NCBI RefSeq assembly: GCF_009914755.1
Contig: NC_060937.1
Strand: one strand, 5' to 3'
Length of the DNA: 64,000 nucleotides
Source: the human T2T-CHM13v2.0 reference genome, Homo sapiens
Below, one piece after another: positions 30,956 through 45,251 of the stretch (positions within the stretch are counted from its first letter, which is position 1; every line of letters starts with the position of its first letter). The notes beneath the pieces are model-generated. The model had not been told where the DNA came from. It was given only the letters and a program-made list of their open reading frames with translations, and searched no databases. The position numbers were made by a program, and so were the translations under genes.

Positions 30956-31489
30956 TTTCCTGCTGTCTTGAGGTATATGAAAGCTATAGTGCAAATAGAT
31001 TGAATTCAATAGTAATTGGAATCTTCTATAATTGTTTACAGGTAGGTCTGTGATCCGGTCTTAATTTCCACATTTGTCCATTCCTAACTTCACTTCTTCC
31101 AGATGAGATGAGTCCATCAAATGATATTTCTGTTGGCCAATGATATCTTTACATCTGACAAAGGGCCCATCTAATTTCCTTCTGAATAGAAGGTAAAAGA
31201 GACTGATAATTATGTGCTTTGGAACCAGGGAGGATATAGCATGTGTAATTGCATCCATCTTTTAAGACAACATTTCAAAACCAGAATTATTTTTAAAAAT
31301 AAAATTAGATGCCTTTTGAAAAGCCTAGCAAACTTATCCAACCACATATGTCAATTCAGAGAGCACTAACCCCCTTCTTTCTCTAAGTTTTCTCATCCTA
31401 GTGATGAGAACACTTTACTCAATGCTTAAAGCTTCATCATTAGGGGCAGGCGCCAAGTCTTCTGTTGGAAAATACTTAGATTTAAAGCA

Positions 31490-31640
31490 AAATATGTGAG
31501 TTTGATATTTGGCTCCTTCTGAATGCTCTTGTCTACTCTTAGGCAAGTCACTTAGACTCTTTTCCATAAAATAAAGATTATGCTTAGGGTACATGGTCAT
31601 TGTGAGGTTTAAATAAAGTAAGGAAAATAGAAGTTCTTAT
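31490..31640 (+). mobile_element. MIR fragment
   Basis: ttaggcaagtcacttagactct...ttgtgaggtttaaataa. Confidence 0.55.
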
Positions 31641-31969
31641 AACATATTCTGTACTATAAAAATCTGAATTGTTATAATTTTATGAGTATGACTAAAATCC
31701 TTCTCAAATGCCTAAAATTTCTTTCCAAAAACTTTTGGAATCAGAACATACAAAGTGAAAATTTTGCTGTTCTGGTTCACTCTACTCTTTGATCCCAAAA
31801 GTACGTTTCTTTAACACTTCAGGGAATTTTTTAGTCATGTGGAACACACCTTTTAAAAGATAATAGAAACATACCTAAAAGTAGTTTGTCCACATAGATA
31901 TAGATTGCAAAAATGTGACTGGGTAAAATGATACAAAATTCAGTGTGATGGACTTGTGGCGTTTTAGTT

Positions 31970-32161
31970 CAGTGGTTCTCAACTAGGGGTGATTTTTACT
32001 TGCCAGGGACATTCAGCAGTGTCTGGAGACATTTTTGATTTATCCCAACTGGAGGAGTTGGGCCCAAGGATGCTGCTAAATATTCTATAGTGAATAGGGC
32101 AGCCCCACAACAAAGAATTACCCAGCCCCACGTGTCAGCGTGCTGCTGTTGAGAAACCCTG
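31970..32161 (+). mobile_element. MER20 (hAT-Charlie) MITE
   Basis: cagtggttctcaac...tgtctggagacatttttg...gttgagaaaccctg, with TIRs. Confidence 0.9.
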
Positions 32162-32955
32162 CCTTAGATGACACTGGGTAACACACACTCTTTCAGATTA
32201 AACTGCTAGGGATCCTAACAATTAAGAGGCTATTATGACTACTATGGAGACCCTATCGTTTGCTCCTTTCTCCTTTTGCTGTCTAACTTAAGGGCCTTAT
32301 CTTCATCATCCTAAAAGGCTATTTCATCCTTTTATGTCTCAAGTCAAAATTTATGTGGAACCTCTATAGAAACTCATGAGACACCATGGACTGTGGAGGC
32401 ATTAATATGCTACTGACACCAGCTGTAAATCTTCATCTCATCTGCTGCTGTCAATGCTATCTCAAAGATTTCAAAGAGTCTGAAAGAAGTAGACTCCAGA
32501 GTGAAAAAACAGCTGTCCTACGATCAACCTAAGTGATACAGAGGTAGTGCTGCCCGGCAGGGAAGGTGTTTTGAGAGCTTATCTACTGACGTCACCCATG
32601 TTTGAAGTATATGCTGTCCTTTTTCTTCCCAGATTTCTTCCACTTACTTCTCTCTCAAGATTTACCACCACATATGATGGATTTATTCTATTATAAAGGT
32701 CATTCTAAAGCTACAACAATGTTGCACACTTTGTTGGTGGTTTTAAGACTGGTTATTTCCCTGAAGTTAAACTATCTGGGGTCATGGAGAGATTTTTAAC
32801 CAATGACAGTTATGGCAAGTCTGGAACCTTGAAATGGAAGCCCAGTGAAATGCAATTTTTTGAATTCCAATTTTTATCCATATAGCCTAACCCTTGAATG
32901 AACCTGATTCAAGGGATGCCACGGTTAGATATTTGTTATAGGAAAGATGGTGGAT

Positions 32956-33396
32956 TGAGAAAGAAAAATTTTGTCTGAGAGGGCTCTTTAATTATCAGGC
33001 CCAGAAAAGTATTGACATGCAATACTAGTCACTTCTTACTCCCCACTTGAGGTACATATTTACGTCTTGAAGCTACTGGCTATGTGGGTTCTAGGCTAAC
33101 TGATGCCAAGTAGCCATAAAATTCCATACTATGGACACCATAACTCATACCCTATAGTTCAATAATGATAGCTAGTTATAACCAATGTCATTTCTGTAAA
33201 CCAGTGAGAATTCCTGACAACTTTGTATCAGCCTGCTCCTTTTTCCCTTTTTGCCTTTAAAAACCTGCGTGTAACAAAGGCTAAACTGAGCACTCACCAG
33301 GGCAACTTGGAAGCCTGTCCTGGGCTGCAGTCCTCAACCCTGGCCCAGACAAACTCTCTGTATTAATTTTGAATCAGTTTCTGTCTTAGGTCAATA
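32956..33396 (+). mobile_element. ERV1-class solo LTR (subfamily not assigned)
   Basis: Starts TGAG, ends TA (likely mutated CA); 4-bp TSD GGAT at 32952-32955 and 33397-33400; typical 3' motif gctgcagtcctcaaccctggcccagacaaactctc. Confidence 0.8.
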
Positions 33397-36300
33397 GGAT
33401 GAATACATATGGAAAGTCTACATGTATGACTCAATTTTTAAATCCCTCTCACACTTTACAGAATGGTTTAAAGGGGAGCAGTGATTATTTTCCTGATTAT
33501 GTTCTTTTGATGAGGTTGTTATTCAAAGCATTCATTCAACAACTTGACCAGTTGTATGGTAGTTCTCTGAATGTCAAAGAAATCTGAGGAAGAAGAATTA
33601 GTATATTTTTTAAAAAGAATACTTTAATCAATTTAAATGAGAAAGAGACATTTTGGCAACTTCATCTGCTTCTGAAATTTACATTTAAAGGGTGTACTGT
33701 GTAATCAGAATTCTAACAAGGAGTCCACATCATTTTCCCAGTGAAAAAATGACTTTAAAAATTTGTTTGCTGAAGCTGAACAGCTTTCAAAGAAGATGAA
33801 AAGATATCCAATAAATTCAGTGTCTCACTGAGAGACTCAGCAAATACTGAATATCACTAACCTAACAAATCTTAATGAAAAGCCAAATCTACCTGTGAAC
33901 AGAGGGAATTGATTGGGAATAAATTTACTTCATAAAGACTAAAATCAAGTGGTCATACAGTACTGTTTTGTCAAGTTTGGAAAAGCTTTCTCATTAAAAA
34001 GAAGAGAGCTCTGTTGTACTTTAGCTTCACTGTTGCACGAGCGTCCTGAAAAGATTTTGTTACCAGCAGCGTGACCCAATGTCAGCAACTAGAGAAAAGG
34101 CAGGAGTAATTGAGACTTGGAGCTAAACACATCTCACCTTTCTCACAAAAGCTGATGGTATAAATAAAAATGGTCCCAGGAGTCTTCCCTCACTACATTG
34201 CCCCCAAAGAATTAATTATAGTGTCTGGCTTAAGGATGTCTTTGGGAAGGGAAAGTGCATTCTTTCAGACCTGTGTGGTCTCAAAAGCATGTTAGTGCTT
34301 ACAGTGGCAGATGGAGAGATTTGAACCACTCCATTTTAGAAAAATTGTGCACTGGCCTAAAAGACATTTAAACAAATAATTTAGCATCTTTTCTAAGATA
34401 AAGAGTAAATTGTTGATCCAAAGGTTGACGTTAAGTCACCTGAAGTTCAGAGGCTTGTATATAGTTTACAATTCAAAATATTATGAAATTGAACTCTGTG
34501 TATCTAAGTTTATAAATATCATCATTACCTTCAATACAAGATAAATACTTTCTGGTGGACCTACACTTTTAAAAATGTAGCTGGGTATTAGGATACTTTT
34601 ACAAACTTTGTCACACCTAAAACTTGTAATTATATAAACTGAGAGCTACCAGATGAAAATTAAATGGGCAAAAAATGAAAACCAAGTTAAGATTGTTAAT
34701 AATTTAGCATGCATGGGACATGAGATATCCAAAGAGTGGGCTAACAAATTGTATATTCATTTCCACCCAGTTTATGAGCAAGTTCAGAAATAAGAAGTAA
34801 ATAAAGATAAAACAACAAATTTCCTGTTAGTAAACTGGATTTCTAATTAAAAACTCCCATAATTTGGTACACTCACACACCACACTCCTAGATAAGCAGA
34901 TCAAAAGCTTAGACATGGAGGCAGCATTACTCCCAAAAGAATGAAAGACAATACTAAACTAAGTATGCCCAAATAACTACTCTTTCCAAATTTACCAGTC
35001 AAAAAGGCCACTTCCTTAGGAGTAGGGTCAGTCAATGGACCAAGAGACGCCTTGAATGTGCTTAGACAAATGTCCCCAAACCAAAGTGGATATTTTTCAC
35101 AATTAATTTTTTGACTTAGTGTTTATACATCAAAATATTTGAGTTTGCAATCTTCACCTACATTCAAATGAGGTTTTTTGCTAGGAATTGATGTAAGGGA
35201 AGTGAGACTTTAAAAAAGAGTTAAACTATAAAAATCAATACCAGATCAGAGTAGAAAAATGTAAAATTTCCATTATAAGTCTTAGTTATAACCTGAGTTG
35301 CATATTGCAATACAAATAAAAAAAGAATATGTCCATGAGTAGGAGGTTCACCTGAGGAAGGAGAGAGGAAGAGAAAGGCAGAGCAGCTCCCATTTCCTCT
35401 GCTGGGGTCATTAAAGCACTGTCATGGGAGAGGAAAGCTTGGTCAGCAGATGCAGAAACTCCAGCCCCATTGATGTGGGTCCTATTAATCATTTGGTTAA
35501 TCTCTGGTCCTATTAATCATTTGATTTCTCTGACACTCATTGCAGATCTCTTGCCTGTTGAGCTGCCTTTGACTGCAGTGTTGCTGCTTATGTAGGTTTG
35601 CGGAGGGAGATAATATCCCATTCACGGAGCTCCAAGTTGGTTCAGTACCTGCAAAAATAATTTTTCAATGGCCTCTGATTTTTTCTTCCCTACATACTTT
35701 GTCAACCAGAGAATGTAATGATCACATTAATGTCAGTGTCCTGATCCATGTAATAGTTATATTTTCTTTGGAAATTAGTAAACTATCACTCCAGTTTTAC
35801 ACACCCATTCTTTTGAGGCTGACTGAGGAGATTCTACCTCAGGTTGATGTGAATCTACATCCACTATTATTATGCTGACCGAAGAAACTTTCTGTGCATG
35901 TGTGCATGCAAGGCTGAAGGAGAAAGTGGTAGTGAAGTAGGTCACAGGATTGGAGCAGATATTAGACTATGAAAAAATGAGGTGTAAAAGATCAAATTAT
36001 ACAATGATTGCAGGAATATAGCTGCATAATTACATGGGCATAATTCCATAAAATGTACTAAAACTTCTAAAACATTCACCAAATGTTGTTGCTACAACAA
36101 ATTAGAGAAACATAAGGAAGCATGATCCGGTCATGCAAATTAGAGGAACATAAGGACATCAATTAAAAATTCAAAGACCTAGAGATCATTCCCAGGTGTC
36201 TCAGAATTATTGAGAAGGCTAAGCAGACATCATATCTCTATATTATTGGAAGTTTAATGCTTAATAGTACTTTCTATGGAGTTTCATTAAAAGACGGTCT

Positions 36301-36494
36301 GAATTTATTACAGAATGCTTCAGTGTTTTTGGTTGGAAACATTTATTAACAGAAAAAATAGACATAGCAACAAGAAGACATTATTATTGAGATAACATAG
36401 AATATGAAATATGGTAGGGAAGAAAAAATGGGTTGTAGAATATAAAACATGGTAAGGAAGAAGAAATAAAGCAAGATTAAAAAACAAACAGAAG

Positions 36495-36580
36495 GGCCAG
36501 GCACAGTTGCTCAGGCCTGTAATCCCAGTGCTTTGGGAGGCTGAGGTGGAGGATTGCTTGAGGCCAGGATTTCAAAAAAC
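36495..36580 (+). mobile_element. FLAM/AluJ left-monomer fragment
   Basis: ggccaggcacagttgctcaggcctgtaatcccagtgctttgggaggctgaggtgggaggattgcttgaggccagga. Confidence 0.85.
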
Positions 36581-36649
36581 AAATATAAATATGTGATTGT
36601 GAGAGCAATTTATTATATACATGTAAAATGCATATCAGTGATATTAATG

Positions 36650-36885
36650 AATAATACTTGATATTTATCGAACTCTTATTTATGGCAGGCAATATAATAA
36701 TTTTCTTATATACGTCTTATTTAACACTCAGAATTTTATGATTTAAATGTTATTATTAGCTCCATTTTATAGACAAGGGAATGATGGCTTAGAAGGGATG
36801 TCATTTGACCAAAGTCACATTACTAAAAAATGGAGCTGTTATTTGGACCCAAGTTTCTAACTCAGGAGCTCAGGAGCTTAGCATT
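36650..36885 (-). mobile_element. MIR
   Basis: tattattagctccattttatagacaagggaatgatggcttaga...ccaaagtcaca. Confidence 0.7.
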
Positions 36886-37279
36886 ATGTTTTCTTACAAA
36901 AAATAGTAATAAAGTATATAGAGAAATATACTAGTGTTTATGTTTTATGGGGCAATGTATCAAATTCATTTTTATGCAAGAAAGTTGATGTGGAAGACAG
37001 ACTGATATCTGGATTTTGAGCAATACTTTGAAAGATGAAGCTATGCAATTTAGTAGATAAAAGAAAATAGTATTTTCTTTGTTTTGTAAAGTACGGGCAA
37101 TTTATCAGAGGCTTTTCAAGGAAAAACAAAATTTCGCAAATAAATGGTACCAGATAATTTTGAGTCTTGTGCCTGTCCTTTGAAATCATACAGAGGTCAC
37201 CAAGACAACATAGAGAAAGGAACAAACAAACAAACAAACAAAAATTTATGGTGCATTCTTACAATTCTATAGTGCTTCA

Positions 37280-37440
37280 TAGTTTTCAATGCATTTTAAT
37301 ATACATTTTCTAAGTAGATTCTGCTGAAGCAGATAGCTTGGATATATTATTCCCATTAACTTTTGATTACACTGATGCTCAGAGAGACTAAATGACTTGT
37401 GTAAGGTCATACAGCCCCTAAGAGACAGACCTCGGGCTAT
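37280..37440 (-). mobile_element. MIR fragment
   Basis: actgatgctcagagagactaaatgacttgtgtaaggtcatacagc. Confidence 0.6.
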
Positions 37441-37819
37441 TGCTTAAAGATTAATTCTCAAGCAAAGTGCTGAATTACTGAGTCATTACTTTACATGAGT
37501 CCACAATTTAGTGCAGAGAATAAAGGTTGGACATAGATGTAAAATCAATTAGGCAAAATTATCACATCTGAGAATATAAAGCAGAAAACATAGATAACTG
37601 AGAGGGGTTGGAGAAAAGCTGATTGTGTCCTTGTGACCTAGACTCAGACACTGGATTCGTCTCATGGTTACTACTCATTTTGTTTCCCCATATTTTCTGA
37701 AGACAAGGTGCTTTCTAAAGGTTATTTTTACTCATAGGCCTATGGGGGCTCTCTTTTGGGTGAGTTAGGGACACAGCAGCCTCTATTTTTCTAGGAACAC
37801 CTTTAAAATATAGTGTTCT

Positions 37820-38056
37820 AGCATTGTATAGTTATTAATATTGAGAGCATTGTCTTGAATAACAACTCTACTACAAATTGTTCCTGGGGAAGTTACAAAA
37901 GCTTTCTAAGCCTCACTTTTCTCATAAGTAATACAAGTATAAAATACTAACATAAATATGCTGTAAGGATTGCAAAGCACGCTTAGTGTGATGTATGCAA
38001 AGTGCTTAGCCCAATAACTACTATGAGGAAGTGCTCAATAAAAGATAACTATTAAT
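37820..38056 (+). mobile_element. MIR (MIRb-like)
   Basis: tctaagcctcacttttctcataagtaa...gcaaagtgcttagc...aagtgctcaataaa. Confidence 0.7.
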
Positions 38057-38139
38057 ACTGTCTCTTTTACTAGGAGATGAACATGGCACATCAGAACTTC
38101 ACTGAGTCCTAGGAGCCCTAGGATATATCTAGGATCTTG

Positions 38140-39012
38140 CCTGCCAAAATATTTCCATATAGGTTTTCCAAAGGTGCATCAAACTTGACATTTCTAAGAC
38201 TGAACACATCTTTCCCCCTCGAACCTGCTATGTATCCTCCATTCGCTAATTTATAAACGGCATGACTGCTCATCTGATTGTCCAAATCAGGTAAATGGCT
38301 GTAGCAAATAATGCTTCATTTCCTTCACTCATAATTTAGAGATCTCACTGTTTATAGTTCTACTTCCAAAATGTTGAACGGAATCCAAACTCTCTTCTCC
38401 ATGCTCTCATCTTGGTTGAAGTGCTCAGCATTTCTTGCTTAAACTATAGCAATGTTCTTCACCTGATCACACTGCATCCAGTCTTACTTTCCTCCTAACT
38501 GCTGTACACATTACTTTGAAAGTGATTTTTCTAATATAAAATTGATAACATCACTCTTACCTCTTGAATAGCTCTCTATAGGCAGGTGAATAAATTTGAG
38601 TTTCATAGCCCAACATATAAAAGCTTTCCTTATCTGATCTACTTTTACCTCTCCAATTTCATTTCTCTTCATGGCATCTCTCTTTCACTGCACCACACTT
38701 GTTTGCGATTCTGTGCCTTAGTTCATGCCATTCCCATTGTTCATCCCCATCTTTCTGGCAAATTCATTCTAACCCTGCAGGACTACCTCAAGCATCCCCT
38801 TCTTATGAAAGCCTTGTCCAGCTTGCCTCAGAACTCTCCACCTCTCAGTTCCTGCAGGCTTCTTTTATAAAACTGATTTCAATAGATTAGCTATATTTGA
38901 CCTCAACCAATAGACTGTGAGTGACCTGAAAGCAAGGGTTCATTCCTATTTGAATTCACAAATTAATACCTGACAACCAGTAAATCCTCAATAAATATGT
39001 GTTAAATAAGTG
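38140..39012 (+). mobile_element. L2 LINE 3' part
   Basis: catcaaacttgacatttctaagactgaac...agtgatttttctaa...tagactgtgagtgacctgaaagcaaggg...ctcaataaatatgtgttaaataagtg. Confidence 0.75.
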
Positions 39013-39121
39013 TATTAGTTGTCAGGACTCTTTCATTAGATAGTTGCTTCTTCTGAGTTGGTTACATTAATGCAATTGTTCTAAGAGAAATACATGCCTG
39101 GTAACTTTTAAAAACATGGGT

Positions 39122-40500
39122 ATATTTAAAATATAATTAAAATACAGAAAAGTGAATTATTTGAAAAGTTCTGACATATGCACACATCCGTAAAACAATT
39201 ACCCCAATCTAGAAAATGAATGTATTCATCCTCAGTAGTTTTTTTAACCCTTGGTAATGCTTTCATCCTACCTTTAAAACCCTCCAATTTCCTAGCAATC
39301 AATGACCCGATTACTGTCACTATAGATTGGTTTGCATTTTCTAGAATTTTATATAAATGAACTCACACAATATGAATGCTTTTTTGTCCTTCTTTTTCCA
39401 CTAAGCATAATGACTTTCTGAGTAACTTATGTTTGTTATCTGTATTATTATTCCTTTGTTGTATTAAGTTGTATTCCATGTATGGAATATACATATATAA
39501 CAAAATTTGTTTGTCCTTTTACCTATCGATGAATGTTTGTATTATTTCCAGTTCTTTGGCTATTACAAAGAAAGAAGTTTTGAACACTTGTATTCAAGTC
39601 TTTGTATGAAGATACACTTTTGTTTCTCATTGTTAAATATCTAGAAGTTGAATGAATGAATCATAAAATAATTGTGTTTCACATTTTAAGATATTGTCAA
39701 ATGTTTTGCCCAAGTGGTGGTACCATTTACCATGTAACATAAATGCCAGCAGTGTATGAGAGCTCCAGTTCTTCTGCCTTAACATTTGTTAACCATTGGT
39801 ATAGTCGGTCTTTTCAGTCTTGGACGTTCTAATAAATTATGGAAGTATCCCATTAAGATTATAATTTGCATTTCCCTAATGGCTGATGATGTTGTACATA
39901 TTTTCCATATTCTTTTATGCCATCAATATTTTTTCTGGTGAAGTAGTTGAAATATTTTGCCCATTAAAAATGTGTGTGTTTGCTTATTATTGAGCTTTGG
40001 AAAATTTTTGTGTATTCTAAATTCAAATCTTTTATCAGATACGTGATTTGCAAATGTTTTCCCCCAACTTGCAAAGTGCCTGTTCACTCTTCCAATACAA
40101 TCTGTCAAATAGAAGTTCTTAATTTTGATAAAGTTCAGTTTATCAGTTTTTTTATTTTATGGATTATCCTTTGGTTTTCTATCTATTAAATCTTTGCCTA
40201 GCCCAAGTCACAAACGTATTATCCTATGTATTCTTTCTTCAGGTTTTATAGATTTAGAGTTTGCATTTAGGTCTATGATACTTTTTTTAAAAGTTTATTT
40301 TGGGATATGGTACAAAATATGGATCAAAGTTTTTTATTTTTACACAGATAGTCATTTTTTTCCAACACTGTTGAAAATATCTCTTCTTTGCTCAATTGTA
40401 TTTCCATCATGGTTGAAATTAATACCAATTTTTGAATTTGAGCTGACTTTGCATTCCTGGTATAAATTCTATTTGGTTATAATGTAATATCCTTTTATGT
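39122..40500 (-). mobile_element. Old L1M (L1MD/L1ME-like) 3' end
   Basis: ttgcattttctagaattttatataaatgaactc, ataatttgcatttccctaatggctgatgatgttg and other antisense L1 motifs. Confidence 0.85.
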
Positions 40501-40518
40501 TTTAAAAGTCAACTTACT

Positions 40519-40649
40519 ATTTTTTTTTCTAGAGATGGGGGTCTTCCAGCCTGTTGAGCCTGGCTGGCTCGATCTCCTGGACTCAAGTGATCCACCTGCT
40601 TTGCCCTCCGAGGTGCTGGGATTACATGTGTGAGCCACCGCACCTGGCC
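40519..40649 (-). mobile_element. FLAM monomer
   Basis: agagatgggggtctt...ggactcaagtgatcc...gagccaccgcacctggcc; single monomer. Confidence 0.85.
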
Positions 40650-41060
40650 GAATTTGCAAAAATTTTGATGAAAATCTGTTCCTTCTTAATTTCTTTAAGA
40701 AAATTTTCTACAAGTGGAATCGCTGGTGCCAGGAATATATACATTTTAAAATCTTTGAATATTCTTGAAAAAAATGTCATGTAAATGATATACAAGCAGA
40801 ACATTAAACTGCCTTTCCTCCGCATCCCTGGCAATCTTACCTACTGTTTTTGTAAACCGTATAACCATGTTTACAAATGGCATCTTGGTTTTTTTTTTTT
40901 TAACTTTGATACTCTTGATCTTTATATTAGTGAAATATTTCCTCTGTCCTCCACATGGAATGCTTTCAATTCTTCCTAGAATATCTTCATACCAGACTTC
41001 AGAAAAATTCAGTAGGACATTTTGACTTGGCTCTGTTCATTTACCTTACCCATTGGCAAT

Positions 41061-41378
41061 TGTTTTTTACTGTTTTATTTTTATTTTTATTTTTTGGAGA
41101 CAGAGTCTCATTCTGTCACCCAGGCTGGAGTGCAGTGGCACGATCTAGGCTCACCGCAACCTCCGCCTCCCAGGTTCAAGCGATTCTCGTGCTCCATCCT
41201 CCCTAGTAGCTGGAATTACAGGTGTGTGCAACCACGCCGGGCTAGTTTTTTGTGTTTTTAGTAGAGACACGGGTTTCACTGTGTTAGCCAGGATGGTCTT
41301 GATCTCCTGACCTTGTGATCTGCCGGCCTCGGCCTCCCAAAGTGCTGGGATTACAGGAGTGAGCCATGGCGCCCAGCC
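41061..41378 (-). mobile_element. AluS/Y (Sc-like) SINE
   Basis: Full dimer; gtgttagccaggatggtcttgatctcctgacc; TSD cattggcaatt / cgttggcaact. Confidence 0.92.
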
Positions 41379-42630
41379 CGTTGGCAACTTTTAGGACCAA
41401 AATACTGTGGTTTGGCAATTGTCCTCCACCTCCTGTTTTGACTGAGAGCCTTCTTTCAACTCTCAATTCTGTCTTTCTTAATATAAACATTGGATTTTGT
41501 ACCTTAGACTTCTATTTCTTCTCCTATAGTGCTAGGTATTCTTTATGGTGAAACCCAATACATTTCTACATCATTAATCACTCACTAATCTATTAGGACT
41601 ATAGATAATTGATTTAGAAATTCAAGTGCAATTCAGAATTCAAAATGAAATAATCAAAGGGAAGAAGATAGTCCTGTTGTAGATATTCTTCTTGTCTTTA
41701 GATTCAAACATCCTAGAATTGGCTCCAAGATCTTAGGCACATCCGAAGCATCAGACAGACATGATAGTATATAGAATGAAAGAAAAAATATATATATATA
41801 TATATCATATATATGATCATCCTCAAAATAAGACATAAGAGTAATCAAAGCAAGAATACAAATATGACCTCAGAATGTGGGTAGAATTGTTCACATTATT
41901 CTTTTTTATGTGGACCAAGATATATTATAGGAAATAAGCCTTGTTTTCAGATCCATTGCTGCTTATGTTGGATTGCCCTTCTTTCCTCTTCCTTATCCAT
42001 GTTGTTTATTGAATGCTGTTGTTGGCGTTCCATGATAAACAAGAGAGACTTTTAAAATTTTTATCCAGAAGCTTATTCTCCCCAGGTGCCAATACTTATT
42101 CTGTAGCCAAAATTGATTTCTAGGTGATTCCTTCTTTGCTTCTTTTCCTCCACCATCCCTTCTTCAAGAAAGATATAAGATCTGAGCTCATATCAAGATC
42201 CTGATTCCTCTGGGAATTATAGGATCGAGTGGAGAGCAGAAAGGCAAGCATATACAGTTTATCCCTTAGTAGTTCTTGGATCCAAAATAGGTATCATAGT
42301 CTATTATAAAATGTTATGTTGTTTTTAGCATAATCAAACAGCTTAAATCAAACCACCAGCAAAAAAGAGAGTTATGTCAGGCTTGGCTATTCAATCATTA
42401 GTTTTTTTTGCCTCACTACAATTTTATCCATAAGCCATTCCTATATAGATTCTTTTTAACCTCACTTAGAATGCTTTAAAAAATAGCAAAATTCAAATGC
42501 AGAAGACACATTCTTCCAAGATATTACTATTAGCGTCTTATTTTGAGGATGAACCTATATGTATGTATATACAGTCCCTTGAGAAAATTTTATTCATTAG
42601 ATTCCCCCGCCACCCTACAATATAAGAGTC

Positions 42631-43016
42631 TATGATTAAAAAGACTGACTTCATTTTTGATGTTTTGCTGCTGAGGCTTTCAAATCCCACCTCTGCCCTT
42701 TCCCCTTTTCTCTCCATCAGGGCAAATTGATAATAAAGCCTGGTGCTTCCTCCTTTGGAGCCTGGTGGGAGGTTCAAGGCATTTTTGTGGGACCCTCACC
42801 CGGTCCACCTGGTAACCACAAAAAAGGCCAAACCAGTTTCCTCTCCCTGTTCTCCCAAACTATTTTTGACTCTTGTTAGAAAGCCTGTCCTACTCTTCCC
42901 AGAAAGCCTTATTTTGTTTCACACCATTTTGGTACATGTGTGGCATACAGTCTCAACATCTGAAACCACTTTTGGGTTGGGAGTTTCATTCCTATTCTAT
43001 GAAGTATCCATGGCAA
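42631..43016 (+). mobile_element. MER54-family (ERVL) LTR
   Basis: gacttcatttttgatgttttgctgctga...gggcaaattgataataaagcctggtgcttcctcctttgg...cccagaaagcc...gtgtggcatacagtctcaacatc. Confidence 0.75.
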
Positions 43017-43299
43017 CTGAATTTTTAATAGAACTATATTTTGTTCTCTTTATTGTTTTACAGTAGCATCAATGAACACCTTTAAGCTACCAATTAGTTT
43101 TAGAAAAAGAGAGATTCAAAATTGGAAAAGAAAAATAGTTAACAAATTATAAAGTACTTATTTTAAGTTTTATATCAATTTATAGTTGAATTTTTGTATA
43201 AAATACTGTGGCTAAGTGGTTATTACATATTGTTAATATGGGAAACTATATTCAAAATAGAAATTTCTTAATTTTGTAATAGATATAACTAAGATTTGT

Positions 43300-43520
43300 T
43301 ATACACTTATATGTTAGTACTATGCTTAGTAGACACTTCGCTCATTTAATATGCACACCAACTCTGTGAGATACAGATTATTATTATCCTTATTCACAGG
43401 TGAATATGAGGCTTGGGGAGGTTAAGTAACTTGTTCAAGATTGAATAGCTTGCATATAATAAAGCTTGGATTTAAAACTCATACAATCTAAACCCAGAGC
43501 CTATACTTCCAATTACCAAG
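43300..43520 (-). mobile_element. MIR
   Basis: caactctgtgagatacagattattattatcc...ggttaagtaacttgttcaaga. Confidence 0.7.
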
Positions 43521-44365
43521 CCTTACAACAGAGGTACAGCCTCTACAGTAGTTAATGGGAATTGCTTTTCTAAGAAATCCCTTGTTTCTTTATTCAATAA
43601 AAGAAACTAAGGGGGTTGATGGTTAGTCTCTGGATTCAGATACGCAGCAACAATGTTGTTTTATATTGGAAGAATTTTAACAGAAAGGGGGTTTGCTTTT
43701 ATTTTTAATAGTGCTGAGAAGAAAGCATAAAACCTAAATATCACCAAGAAAAGGTAGTATCTATATCTAGCTTTATTTGAATAGTGATGGCCTTTCTTTT
43801 CCTATTGTCAAAGTGATAATGATTAAAAATCCATTATCGTCTGTTGTTTTAATAATTAAAAATAAACTCAAAAATGGCATTTCACGTATACTCTATTTTC
43901 TTAACTATTTGAGAGATATTAGTTCCTGATATCAACTGCCTTATTGGTCTCAGGTTACATATTGAGGTATAAACACAGGTAGCCTTCAATATTCAAACAA
44001 TGCTCCCCAGGAAATTAATCACGTTATCACAGTTTAGGTTATGAAAACTAGTTCTATATGAGAAGTACCTGTAAAGAAAGGATTTATTATTTTTTCCTAA
44101 GGAGTTGTCATTAAAGCACTTATTTTGACCCATTACAATAATGTATTCATCTACAACTAATAATAGAGATATTTATGCAGCCAGATTACACAAAAAATAA
44201 AATTATAACTAATAATTATAATTTTATGAGAAAGCAATGATTATGTATGAATGTGTATATGTTGGGTAGGGTAATTAGAAAGTATTCACATTTCCCACCC
44301 AACTCAATTTTGTGGAATTCTTTTTTATACAAAAGGTTAGAAGATTTTTGTGAATGCGAAATGTT

Positions 44366-44570
44366 AGATGTTTTCCCCTATCAATAGCAATAGAATTTAT
44401 GGTCAATGAAATGCAATGTAGTACAAAATATATGCAAACTAGTTTTATAAGTCTGGAAATGAATTAGAAAAGGGCTAAGAAAGAGGCCTATAAAATTATG
44501 GCTAGGTCAACCTGAGCCAGTCTACTTACCATTCCTATAGCAGAAAAATTAGAGAATGCTAAATGAAATA
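44366..44570 (+). repeat. 205-bp direct repeat, copy 1 (inferred donor)
   Basis: Aligns without gaps to 45789-45993 with 12 substitutions (manual alignment). Confidence 0.95.
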
Positions 44571-44670
44571 GGAGCAGCATCATTGAAAGGAGTGAAAAGA
44601 AAATACATTTTTTTTTTTTTTTTTTTTTTTTACACAGAAGATTCTGTAATTAACCTATGGGACTCTATGT
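44445..44670 (+). mobile_element. Possible CR1/L3 LINE remnant with expanded T24
   Basis: agtctggaaa...gaggcctataaaattatg and aaatacattt...tacacag...aacctatgggactc resemble the CR1/L3 ORF2 end. Confidence 0.45.
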
Positions 44671-45251
44671 GATTCTAAATTATAGCAGTAAATTACTGAG
44701 AATGACTCAAAATAAGACACATGGAAAACAGTATCTGAGTAGTTCCTGAATTAAAAAGAAGATGGTATGCAAGAAGCTGACCAGCTGAGGTCAGGAATGA
44801 TATTTCTTGTCATCCTTTCATTATAATATTATATAATTAGGGCCCCAACCTTATTTTGAGGATCAGACTGTTATGGAGATGAAATACTATACAGAAAGGC
44901 ATTTGTCACATTTTTAACATATACATAAAAGAAACCATTAGCTTTAAGAAAATTACTAACACGAAAGGGTTTTCAATCTTGCTGGATAATGCAGAAAATA
45001 CACTTTCAGTCTTAGAATTATTATTTTTTTCATTCTAATGAGCAGCAAAGTTGAGAATCTTTAAGATGTAAACAGCATCTCTCAATACCCAAGAGAAGTA
45101 CAGCTTCAGTGGTGAATATAGCTTTTCTTTAATATCTTTCTGGATTTGGTGGCTGTCATCTTGCTGGATGCCGGTGGAGCTGTAGGTAATTAAAAGCCTA
45201 TATTTTAAATAAGTGTTTATTTCACCACAAAGCTAATTTTTTTTCAAAGTA

